Shown here: one piece after another, positions 12,477 to 24,452 of the stretch
Numbering within the stretch: position 1 is the stretch's first letter
Layout: the number at the start of each line of letters is the position of its first letter
Assembly (NCBI GenBank): GCA_050230475.1
Contig: JBFLGF010000040.1
Location: 62,001-118,166, forward strand
Reading direction: 5' to 3'
Source: Ancylonema sp.
Taxonomy: Eukaryota
Length of the DNA: 56,166 nucleotides
Position numbers and translations under genes: made by a program
The notes under the pieces: model-generated
What the model saw: the letters and a program-made list of their open reading frames with translations, nothing else
Told to the model about the DNA's origin: nothing
The model's database searches: none

Positions 12477-13628
12477 CATAGTTGCACAAACCGGCGGACC
12501 GGGGTCCCAAGGTCCCGAATCCGGACCACGGTCCGTCCTTTCAGCTCAAAATCTGGACCGGTTGTTCAAGATAATATCGGTTTTTGGGGGTTTTAAGGTG
12601 TTTTCCGTGGAGAAAAAACTCTGGAAGTATTTCTATTTCCCATCTTATAAAAATGTCAAAATTTGTTAGACCTGTCAACTAAGTATAAACCTGCAATGCA
12701 TCAAAGTATGTAGTGTTTTTCACCACTTTCGAAGGATCTCACTATGGAAAATGTTCTAGGTCATTCGGAATGGTTATAAGTACTCCATATTTTTTCATTT
12801 TCCATAGGTTACAACGTAATGCTGAAATGATGCTCATCTGAGGCTTAAAAAAATGTGTTGAAGGGGCACTGTATCGTGAAATTAATTAAAAGACCTATAT
12901 CAATCATCATCCTCGATTTAATTTCCACGCTCACAACCTTGTATTCAAACTTCTCTCCACCTCACGAATACATTCCCTCACTTCTCACTTTCCTATTCTA
13001 CATAAATAAATGGGTAACTTCCCTATCTATAATTCATTTACCTTATCAGAATTTATCCATGCCTACAACTCCATACATTTATGAAACCAAAAAAAAAAAA
13101 ACGACTTCTACACCCACATTTTTTTTCCTATTAAAACACCCATAACACTTTTCACTATCTATACCACTTCAAAATACCCCCCTCTCCACCCTTCCTACTC
13201 CTCATTTGTCACTCTCCAAAAATCATTCCTCACTCCGAATAACTCACTTTCAAGTACCAACTTCTCCCACCCACTACGTCATCCCCTTCGATTGTATGCA
13301 ATCGGATGGTGAGTTTCAATGCCAAAATTTCAATCATTTTGTCAATTCTGAATTTCACCATCTTAATCAATGGAAGGTTAAATATGAACATGCTGCTTTA
13401 TTCTATTTATTTATTTTGGTTTTGCTACAACTTCGCAAGCCACAAATGACACATGTATATCACACGTGTGAGGTACTGCGAAAAAAATAAAGTCCCACGT
13501 CCTTTTTTCCCCGCGGAAAATTGTTTGGCAAAAAAACCCTAAATGATCCCCGGTCCGACGGGGTCCCGACTCCGGACCCGATCCGACCGCGGTCCGAAAA
13601 TTCAACGTTGCCGGTTTGTGCAACTATG
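12477..13628. mobile_element. Non-autonomous hAT-type DNA transposon
   Basis: Perfect 19-bp TIR CATAGTTGCACAAACCGGC / GCCGGTTTGTGCAACTATG. 8-bp TSD acctatac / acctaaac. Subterminal GGACC/GGTCC repeats at both ends. No transposase ORF. Confidence 0.9.
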
Positions 13629-13851
13629 ACCTAAACTCACTGCCATAGTTGGGCGTGCACAACTAAAATCGCGCACCTGTGCGGAACATGTGCGCTCAAC
13701 TCCGCGCACATGTGCGCGCCCAAGTAGGAAAAAATACTTAAAAAATCGTGTTTACTACCGCTTACTACTATGAGCGGCGGTTTTTTTTTTAATTATTTAT
13801 TTTGGGAGGAGGTGCGCGATGCGCACAAGCTCGCCAAACCCGCGCACTTTT

Positions 13852-16800
13852 TGTGAGAATTGGCTAGAAACTTTGTTGTATTGAAAATATTCGTTATATC
13901 GATTTTGTGGCAACATGCCTTCTTACTATATATTTTAGTAAGTATTCGTTAGAACAATACATCCAACAAGGCATGATTACCGAGGCCAAGTTGCGGCCGC
14001 CATAATATTCAATCGGACTCTTTGCAATCAAGACTCGACTCTCTTGTATGGCATGTCGTGAATAAGTTTGATTTGAAGATTGAAGCTATTGGTGTAAAGA
14101 AGGCATCATGGATGATCGTAACTCTCACAGTGGTATCAGAGCAAGATATACGATCTTGGATGGGGACCGCGTGCCATTTCAGGCATGGCGGTCGAGAAAC
14201 ATGCGCAATTTTAGATAATGAGGATTGTCTTGAAGTATGTGAGGGGACTGAGTTGGAGCCCGAGGTGGTATTGTCTAAACGAGATTCAGATCTTAATCTC
14301 ACAAATTATGAAGAAGTGGAAGACTACACGGAGGACCTGAAATTGTATTGGAAGAAATGCAAGCGCGCGGTCATGCTCATCATGTCGCTCGTGAGCAACA
14401 ACATCGCGCGCGGTCTAAAAAAATACCGGAAGGATCGGGACCCAAAGGGGATGTGGGACAAGCCGATTCAAGATTATGATCAAGTCTCGCTTGAGCTCAG
14501 GCAACTCGCCAAGGAAAAGCTAAACTCGTTCAGAATCGACGAATCTAAGAGTGTACGGGACACTAGGGATGAGTTCACGGCTATCATAGAGGCCCTGGAG
14601 TACCAGCTGCCGATTGGTCAGGTCATCAGCGAAGAGGACAACGTCATGGCGCTCTTTGCGGGGATGCCGCGCAAGGAGTATGGAATCCTGAAGGCAACAT
14701 ACTTCTCGCAGGTTGAGCCACCCGGCTTGAGCTGGATCTGGGGTCAGCTCACTCGCAACGAGCTCGAGGATGCTCAAGAGGGAAGAGCGCTAGTCGCGGA
14801 GGCTAACTATGCGAAGTGGAACCGAGCTGCCGGAAAGGGTAATTATGGGGGAAGCCGTGTCGGTGGAGGTGGACGCGGGGACGGACGCGGATCTGGTCGA
14901 GGGGCAAGCGGTGGTCGCGGGGGCACAATCACGTGTTACTCGTGTGGAATTTCCGGTCACATCAGCAGAGACTGCTCTTACAGACAGATCACTGCGAGGC
15001 CATCGGCCACAATGCCCGGTGTTGCTACGACAAAAAGAATGGGGTGCCGCCTGGACGACGTGCTGCCGGAAAACAGAAAAGCGCCCTCGTCGGCGAATTC
15101 GAGGACCTGGGTCTCGGTGATGGTGAAATCTGTCTTGGCGAAGCCTGCGTGGGGGATCTGAACGGCAATCCAGAATTTCTGATTGACGGGGGGGCCAATG
15201 ACCACACAGCCGGCAACATCAGCCACTTCTCGACCATCGAGGACATTCCGCACGAGCTGGTGCTCAGGCAACTCCAGGATACGGTCCAGGCGAAACAGTG
15301 GGGGACTGTCCACCTGAAGACACATGGAGAATGTGGCGGCATCACTCTACACAATTGCCTGTACATCCCTGGGATGCGCCTGAATCTCATCAGCGGGCAA
15401 CGGATGCGGCAGGCCAAGTGGAGCTACAACTGTGCGGGGAAACCAGGCCAGATAGTCCCTCTGCTGCGCGAGGACGGCAAGCAGGTTGCGACTATTCGGG
15501 AAAGCTTGACAGGCCGTCACACCCTCATCTGCACCCCTCAGATTCGAAAAATCCCTTGCGAAGGGGAAGTTGCGCTTGTCGCTGTTGACGTAAACCGCTT
15601 GCACGTGCGACTGGGTCACGCCAATGAGCGCGTGCTCAGAGCCATGGCAAGCTCAAATCTGGTGAGGGGGCTTGGGGGCGGCATTTTTGGAGCTTTCGTC
15701 AACTGCGAGGGTTGTAAAATGGGAAAAGCGCACGACAGGCCGCACCCTCGCAAACATGCCGATTTCGGAGAGAAGGTGTGCCTCGGTAGGGTGTCCGTGG
15801 ATCTCGCTGGCCCGTTCATTCTAGCCTCCATTGGGGGTGGCAAGTATAATATGGTGCTTGTCGACGAGTACAGCAGGAAATCTTGGGTGGAGATTCTGCG
15901 CTCCAAGGACGAGGCTGCTGGGCGGCTAAAACAGTGGATCGCGATCTGGGAGACTCAAGCCGGCAGAAAACTCAAAGAATTTGCGGTCAGACAACGGGGG
16001 GGAGTTTATTGATGGGAAATTTCAGCTCTGGCTGCGAAATTGGGGAACGAACCACGAGCCTACTCCCCCACACACCCCTCAGGGCAACGGCATCACGGAG
16101 CGCATGAACAGAACGCTCCAAGACCGCGCTCGGTCCATGTTGGTCGGTATGAAGCTCCTAACCTCTGGGGAGAAGCGATTTCCTTCGCCTCCTACCTCAT
16201 AAATCGCTGCCAGGTCGTAGGCCTCCCAACAACCCCGGAGGAGATGTGGACTGGCAACCCGCCAAACGTCAGTCACCTGCGCGCAGTTGCAAGGTCTACG
16301 TGCGGATGGAAAAGCGCGATCGCAAAGGGAAGATGGGACCCTTGGCGTGGATAGGGGTCAATGTGGGCTTCAAAGTCTCAAGCTACAGGGTGTGGGACCC
16401 CACCACCAACGTCGTCAGTAACGTTGGTGCCGGTCATGCAGATTTCGACGAATCTCTCCCATCAGAGTGGTGGAAGGGCCAGCAGCTGGGGAGGGAAGAA
16501 AAACAGGCTAGCTGAATCTCCTGAAGTTGAGGAGATTCAGTGGCCTGTTTTGCCGCGACCAGCAAGGGAAGCTGGCCATGGCGTCCAGGGTGCTGCAGGT
16601 GCTAAAGTTGAAGGTCCTGGCGAGGGTGGGTGCTGGAGGTGGGGGTGGTGAAGGGGTTGGGCTGACGGTGGTGGAGGAGCTGGAGGTGGGGGTGGGGGAG
16701 GATGGGGTGATGGTGGTGGAGGAGCTGGAGGTGCAGTTGGTGGAAACGGGGGTGCTGGAGGTGGTGGTTGGGGAGTGGGAGGTGGGGTGGTGGAGGGGAA

Positions 16801-19180
16801 GATACAATCCCTGATGCTGTGGGAAATCCTTTACCTCAGCGTCAGGACCTTCCTCCCCATCACGATCAGGATGCTCCTGACCTCGTCAGCAACTCAAGCG
16901 GGGGTAGTTCCATGGATGAGCAGCTGGAAGACGGCATTGAATGTATCCCAGCGATGCAGACGCTGAGAATCCAGTCGGGGCCGGTCCCTCGGACGGTGGC
17001 GTGGCAGGTGCTGCTGCTAGGGCTGAGATGAGGGCCAAAAAAGGAGTTGGGGTTGGAAATGCGGGTGGGGCACCTGTGGGCCGCCGATCTGGCAGAGTGA
17101 ACTCTGGGATTCCCCCTGTCAGATTCGTGGCAGGGTACGCTGCACACCTCGCTCTAGAGGTCAGCACACCAGAATCTGTCGCAGCCGCTCTCAACAGTCC
17201 AGAAAGTGCCAAGTGGCAAGCTGCCATGGACTCTGAAATGGCCAGCTTGAAGGATAACAATGTCTATCGGGTCGTGGATCGACCTCCTGAGGTGAAAGTA
17301 GTCAAATGCAAGTGGGTCTTCAGGGTAAAGAAAAATGTGGGGAGGTAGACAAGTACAAGGGGCGGGTGGTCGCAAAGGGGTTCGGCCAGGTGGAAAGAGT
17401 GGACTACGACCAAACTTTCTCCCCAACTGTGCGTTTCGAGGGGATCCGTCAGCTGGTCGCCCTCGGTGCCTCCCAGCAGCTGCATATGCACCATATGGAC
17501 GTCACGACCGCTTTCCTCTACGCCTCTTTGGAGGAGGTCATCTACATGGAGCCCCCTGAGGGGACTTGCGAGCCAGGGGATGAAGGGAAGGTATGGCTCC
17601 TCCTCAGGTGCCTGTACGGCCTCAAACAGTCACCCCGCATGTGGAACGCTCATATCGCTGAGGTTCTACGGGGACTAGGATTCCACCGTCTTCAATCTGA
17701 TTTCGGGCAGTATGTCATGGGGTCTGGCCCTGACGCCCTCTACCTAGCCCTCTACGTGGACGACTTGTTTCTCTTGTCCAAGGAGCTGAGCAGGATTTTC
17801 GGAGTCAAGGTGCAGCTAGAAAAATAGTTCCGCATGCAGGATCTGGGGGAAGCCAAATTCCTTTTGGGCTTGGAGATCAGGAGGCAGCCAGATGGAGGGG
17901 TGTTTCTCTGTCAGCAGAAGTACGCACTAGAGGTGGTGGGGAAGTTCAATATGCTAGCGTGCAACCCTGGAGCCACCCCTCTTGAGGTTGGCAAGGACTT
18001 TTGTAAGGACCCTAGGCCCGTGGCAGACTTCGTCTGGGAGGGGGTGGCGGATGTTCCCTATAGGTCTGCAATGGGCAGCCTTCTCTACCTGTGCTCTGGG
18101 ACGCGTCATGACCTCGCAGCGGCTGTCAACAGCCAATGCCGCCACAGTCAAAACCCAGCAGCCCAACACTGGGAGGGAGTAAAGAGGGTGCTGCGGTACA
18201 TTAGGGGCACCTTAACTCATGGGCTGCTGTATCAAAGTGGGGGGGACTTGCCTGTATGGGGCTACTCAGACATCAGTCACGGCAATGATGAGGCAACGCG
18301 CAAGGGCATGGGAGGATATGTGTTCATTAGTGGGGGGGCTGCGATCAGCTGGAGGAGTAGCTTGCTAGAGGCGGTTACTCATAGCAGTTGTGAAAGTGAG
18401 TATGTGGCACTCAGTACAGCTGGCAATGAGGCCCTCTACCTTAGCCAACTGCAGGGGGAGTTGGGAATTGCTGGTCGTGCTGGGGTACTCTTGCTGGGAG
18501 ATAATGAGTCCTCTCTCAAGTTGGCAGAAAACCCAGTATTTCATCGCCGCTCCAAGCACATTGAGTTAAAGTGGCACTCTATTCGGGAGAGGGTCGCCAA
18601 GGAATTAAGCAGGTTGCAATTTGTTAAAAGTGAGTTTGAGGCAGCTGATATGCTCACTAAAGCAGTCCCAGTTAAGATCCTTGAAGCAAACTGTGCAATG
18701 ATTGGGCTTGTTGCTGCTCCTTAGGAGTCATTGCTGGGAGGGGGGCGGAAAACTTTGTTAGGGAGGGGGAAGTTTGTTTTTAATTGGGAGGGGGTTGTTT
18801 TTTGGGAGGGGGTGAAACTTTGATGGGAAAAATCGATATCGATGACATGATTTTTGGAGGGGGTGTGCCAAAGTTTCTAGGGGGAGGGGGTGTGTGAGAA
18901 TTGGCTAGACTAGAAACTTTGTTGTATTGAGAATATTCGTTGTATCGATTTTGTGGCAACATGCCTTCTTGCTATATATTTTAGTTAGTAAGTATTCGTT
19001 AGAACAATACATCCGACAAGGCATGTTTACTTAGGTCAAGTTGCGGCCGCCAGCCATAATATTCAATCGGACTCTTTGCAATCAAGACTCGACTCTCTTG
19101 TTGTTTCGTGAATAAGTTTGATTCTGAAGATTGAAGCTATTGGTGTAAAGAAGGCATCATGGATGATGGTAACTCTCACA
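13852..19180 (+). mobile_element. Full-length Ty1/copia LTR retrotransposon
   Basis: LTRs 13852-14129 and 18893-19180 (TGTGAGA...TCTCACA). 5-bp TSD CTTTT on both sides. PBS TGGTATCAGAGC (tRNA-iMet type) at 14131-14142. Polypurine tract just before 18893. Domain order gag-PR-INT-RT-RH. Confidence 0.97.
14185..18724 (+). pseudogene. Copia gag-pol polyprotein with frameshifts and stops
   Basis: Zinc knuckle CYSCGISGHISRDC; protease FLIDGGANDH; HVRLGH...CEGC; integrase DLAGP, DEYSR, RSDNGGEF, PQGNGITERMNRTL; RT DVTTAFLY, LYGLKQSPRMW, YVDD; RNase H SSCESEY, GDNES, ADMLTK. The motifs are spread over several frames, with an in-frame TAG at 17825-17827. Confidence 0.95.
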
Positions 19181-20899
19181 CTTTTGCGCACCCAACTATA
19201 GTCGCCGCCAAATATCTAACAAAAAACCCATACGAATAGCATGTAGCATAGGTACATCTATGAAAATGTCAATCGGAGGGACACAATTGGCCGCAGACTC
19301 GTAGACATACACCTACACCTACACTTTTCATGTATGCGCGAAACTTGGGTGTGCCACGTACGGTCACGGGTTGATAAGAATAACCATACCCGTGAAATGA
19401 AGTTTTCAATGATAAAAATTTGCCCGAACTTATGAAGCCGAATGGGCGCGCCACGAATGGCTGGCAATTGTAAGAAATACGGAGTTTTTTTTTTTTGCCG
19501 TACGGGTGCAATTATGACCTGCAACTATGACGTGAAACTTAGCGTGGAAGACGAGGAGTTGGGGGGGGGGGGGAGAGAGAGAGAGTGGTGGGTGAAAAAA
19601 TGGGAATGGGAAGCAGTCAACCCTTTAGGTGACGGGTGGTGTGGAGCTGGAACCGCCTGAGCCACAACCCCCCCCCCCCTCAACCCCTAGCTATTAGTGT
19701 CATTGGCAATCTCCTTGCTGCCTAGGTTCCCTACTCATATTAGTAACCGGTCCTAGATTTTTGCCATGTCAGCATCGTTGCCATTGTTCAAGTGAAAACC
19801 GAGGATTGGCGAATTCGAGCTCAGGGCGAGGTCAACACTCCTGAGCTCGACGTTCGAGCGGAAATGAGCGTAAGGGCGTAAGGGCGGAAATGAGTCCGGA
19901 GCTCGACCGAGTTCAGTTATCATTTCCGCCAACACTAAGCTACAACGTTTGAGCTCGGTTTTCTTGAGCTATTCGGCGCTTGGCATATGGTGCACGACAC
20001 AATTGAGCCCAAGATTGTATAATGACTTATTTTGGTCAATGTAGAAGACAAAATGATCCGATTCCCCAAGTTGTTCTCCTCTCAAAACAACTCATTTTTT
20101 TGAAATCTGATATCCGCAGGTTTGAAATCTGGATCCACAAAGACGGACCTCGATTAGAATCGGGACCGGTCTACTTGTACATTATTGGCTTTCCTTCTTC
20201 TCTAGTATTGGTCATACATTGAACCCATCGCGAATAAGTTTACTATCATACAATATTTACTACTCATTGTTTCAATCTGAGTGCAACGCGTTGTTGCAGG
20301 CCTTCACCCGTGTTGTCACAATTTCAAAAAAACAAGTACAACAAAGCATTATTATCGGCTGTGGAACTACCTCCAAGCATTATTCACGAGTAACGCATAC
20401 GTCCGCACACCATCGTCGGTATGCGCAACTTTATGGTACTCCCTTCAAAACAACGAAGTTCACGTAGCAGTGCAATGTAAATTCACATGCTAAAAAAAGG
20501 AACTTGAGTGCTTGTCATGTAAGATGCCTAGGTAGTGTTGCACGAGCTTGTCACTGTTGCTAGAAGTTGTTCTCTATGGTGGTGCATAAGTGGCCTACTA
20601 TGTACACTTGGTCATCACTCATCTCATATAGTTATTCTGATATACATTTATCGATGTGGCGTCCGCCCGAACTGGGCAGATAACCACAAAATGAAGGTCA
20701 CATTAGGCGAAGTGTTTCACACCGCACCACCCAATCGAGTCGCATTGATGTGGAAGCAAATAAGGGGATTGTTTATTTTGTGGATACTTCTTCTTTTCTC
20801 TCCTTGACAAATCTCAAATCATCCTCTTTTTTTCTTATTTTCGAAAATTTATTTAGACAACTCCCTAAATTTCCAACCACACCGCGTGACACGACGCCC

Positions 20900-23800
20900 C
20901 TACTCCCCCCCCCCCCCAACACCCCCTCGCCCCCCCCCCCCCTTCTTCCTCCTCGTACTCCTATTCCCCTCCGGGGGCTTCACCAACCCCCCCGAATCCA
21001 TCACCAAAAACTCCCTCTGCACAAATCTCGAATTCGGCACCATGAGGCGATACCGCCCGTTTCTCAACACGGTGTACCTCAAGTCCACCGACTCGCACAT
21101 GCCCTCAAACCACCCGGACCCCAACTGCTGCTGCGGTTGGGGTTGCGGTTGGGTCTGGAGCGGCACCACCGCGGGGGGGGTGACTTCGGAGGAGCACGTC
21201 AAAGCGATGGTGTCTCCGGGGCGGAACGGTTGGGCGGCGAATAGGAAAAATCCCGCAAAGTAGTTGTGCCATACATCCTGCTCGGTATGCCAAGGAAGGG
21301 GGGGGGGCAGCAAAAATTATATAAAAAGTCAGCTTGCCCCTCCTTGAATGCACCCCCCTGAATCATCATCAATAAACCATTAACCTTGAACACGTCTCCC
21401 CATACTCCAAATTTCTACTCAGTAAGATATGCTTTCCCGCACCATTCATTGCATACATTTCCTCCTCCGCCTCGCACTAGTGTCTAATCCCGCTTCTTGG
21501 TAAGGGCAAGCATGAAAGCCACCTTGTGACCTTCCCATTCACACTTCATCATTCAGGAACGAGCTGCGGGAGCTGATCGGATCTACTGATCTACTCTGAA
21601 CATCGCCTCCCCCTCCCTAAAACCTTCTCCTTATTTCTTTCCCACAGACGGACTTTATCCTCCTCTCCCCTCCCCCCCCTCCTCTTACCTTCCCCGCCAG
21701 CGCAACCGCGATGAAAAAGGGCATCACCAGGGACGAGATCCGCACCCCCACACTGGTGGTCCCAACCAAACGAACAAGGGCTGAACGGATTTGGCAAAAC
21801 ATGGAAATGGAGTGCAGGGGTGGACCTAAATTTCATCAAGTTCACAGGACGGAAAACGTAGCTACGTCATCACAGCATTGTTTCCTCTTGCAAGGTATTC
21901 CTTCCTATAGTGAGTGTCATCTAGGGAGAAGGAACCGTCTACTGAAGTGATTATTCCCTCCCACTACTCCTCCGCCACTCATTGCCATACACCCTCCTTT
22001 CCCCCTCTCATCAGTCACACTCTTCACCACAGTCACAATCCTTCATTGTTGTCTCCCGTACCTTGACAGGCTCGTCACCACGGCAACGGCAGTCACCGTG
22101 AGCCTGCACAACACCCCCGCCCGCCCAACCAGACGCGGCCAGAACCGGTCGATATGTATACGAATGGAGCATTTTGAGTGAGGGGGGGGAGGGGCAAACG
22201 AGTACTACTGTACAAAAGGAAAACAAGCCCGACATGTATTTGACCATGATTCGAGCCAAAGTCAGTCAAACCTTCAATTCTATCCCCGCACAACCAGATC
22301 AGGTCTAGTGGCCAAGTGGAGGAAAAATATGTAAGAAAAGAGAGGGAATCCTTCGCAACCCCCCCCAGCCCCCCCCCCCCCCGTGCCCCCCCTCACTCAA
22401 TGACAAGCACGAGGCCGTTGGATAGACGGGGGTCTATGACGCCGAATTTCCCGAGCTGTCCGATGGCCTCCTGCAGGAAACTGTTGAGACCCCAGAGCAT
22501 CCACAGCATTGCCACAGACATGCTGCAGAAAGAGGAAGAGGGGTGGGAGGTTGGGAGGGAGAGAGAAGGGGTTAGTACGTTTGGTCTGGGCGTACTTTTT
22601 TGGGGTTGTGGGGGGGGGCGGTGGCAGTGAGGAGGGGGGTTACGACATCGGGGTGACATAAACATTGACAATGAGAGGGAGGTAGAGTACGAATAGATAA
22701 GTTAATAAACGCCAGTTTCATAGTATGAAATCCTGAGAGCCGTACACTCCATAATTCATGTCCACGACCAGAAACAAATCTGAATCTTCAATGCTCTGCA
22801 CCGGTATGTCCACATATGCCGTAGGTGCTTATGCAGGGATACGGTTCTGTACAGGAACCAAGTATTGCTCTGCATTTGGAATGAGTAGCCAACAGCAGGA
22901 GTAGTCAGGAGGTTCAAAATCTTGTCGAACCTCCCTCCCATCCTCCCACCCTCCCACCCTCCCACCCTCCTTCTGAGGAGCAGCGGCACAAAGCAGGGGA
23001 GAGCAAAAAAGAAGAACGCCGGTAAAAAAGGACGGTAAAAAAGAGAAAGCACGGGACGGCAGAAAAGGTGGGGCAAAAAGGACATAGCAGGGTGGGGCAG
23101 AAAGGGACAAAGCAGGGGCCGGCAATAAGGACACTCACCCCAAGCGCGGCAGAACGTATCCGAGGTTGTTGGACACGGATTTGAACACAATGCCGCCGCC
23201 AAACAGGAGGGGCGCAAGAACAGGCAAAGAGGCTTCGCGAAACGGCAAAATGCCCGTCACCTGGAAGCATCGAAAATGGTCATGTTTACGGCAGAATCAT
23301 AGCGTTGGAAATTGTAAAGAGATATTGGTGCACATACATATGCATATACATAAACATACACACTCCTCTATGTCTGAACCAGGTACTAGACGTGTGTGAG
23401 GTCGCCGAGCACGGGGCCATTCTGAAGTGTGCTACAGATTGTGTCCAGGAGAGAAGAAAAAATCTATTGATTTGAGCCTGCCTTACGTGGGCGAGGAGAG
23501 GAAGCGCCCTCGCCAGAAACGTGGGAATCGCCATCGTCAAATTGGCGAGTGACAGCGAGACACGGAAACGAACACACGCCGAGTGGTTCCAGAAACGGCG
23601 GAAGATATCCCATTGGTCCAAATCTTCCTCCTCACCCGAACTACTACCCTCCCGCTTATCCCCGATTCCTGGCTTCCCCGATGGGGTTTGAGCACCGCCC
23701 TGTCTCTCATAGAAGTTACCCTCATCAACTCTAAGATTCAATCCTTCATTCGAATCGAACGAAGCAGCCATCGCGGCAGAGCCCTCTTCTGCGCGGGTGG

Positions 23801-24452
23801 ATGCTTCTCGTGACACGTCACTAGTCGCCTCACGCGCCGGCTGTACTCTATCCCTCGGTGCTGCATGAGGGCTAGAATCAGGGGCAGCACCGCCCCAGGC
23901 CGTTTCAATGTTCTGACGCCACTTTCCGAAAACTTTTCCGGCTGAGGCGAGCGCTAGCACAGGACCGGATGTCGAATCTTCTCGGCTGGCACGCGTACCT
24001 TGCACGGGGGCAAGCCCCTCTGGTTCCTCCTGCGGATTAGTATCAGGGAACGGAATGAAAACGGCGTCCTCCTTACTGACATGTCCGCCATCATTTTCGT
24101 CGTCGCCATCACGTTTTTCTGTCAGAAGGGTCGAGCCGTCGTGTGTCCAGCGTGAGGATGGACCACGGAGGCTGCCATTCTGTTCAATGTCATTTTGGCA
24201 TCGAGTTGTTGTTGGCACTGCTTTCCGGTCCTTTTGCGCATACTGTCTGAACTTCAGATCCCGTTTAGAGCCCAGTGCCAGGAGTTTCCATCTCTTGCGG
24301 AGCGACGTGAGTGAGACGCCCACTTTGTCACGCTTGGACGCGGATATCACATTTCCTTGCGACGTTATCACACACTCCTGCTTGGTCCCAAACTTCAAAG
24401 AGCATATGTTCGTAGATGGGCGCACCAGATACCCACTATCAAAACAGGCCAT
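20900..24452 (-). CDS. MscS-family (MscS-like) mechanosensitive ion channel with long N-terminal extension
   Basis: Phase-consistent exons 24452-23487, 23260-23139, 22522-22397, 22103-22062, 21752-21689, 21277-20900. Hydrophobic helices are followed by AGKDVWHNYFAGFFLFAAQPFRPGDTI and EGMCESVDLRYTVLR...LMVPNS, matching the MscS TM3/beta-domain pattern. The basic, Ser/Arg-rich N-terminus resembles an organellar transit peptide. Confidence 0.88.

Larger units (their letters stand above)
13644..19200. mobile_element. Small hAT-type MITE (~220 bp) split by the copia insertion
   Basis: Left end CATAGTTGGGCGTGCA (13644), right end TGCGCACCCAACTATA (to 19200), GCGCAC subterminal repeats, degenerate 8-bp TSD ctcactgc / gtcgccgc. 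Confidence 0.7.
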
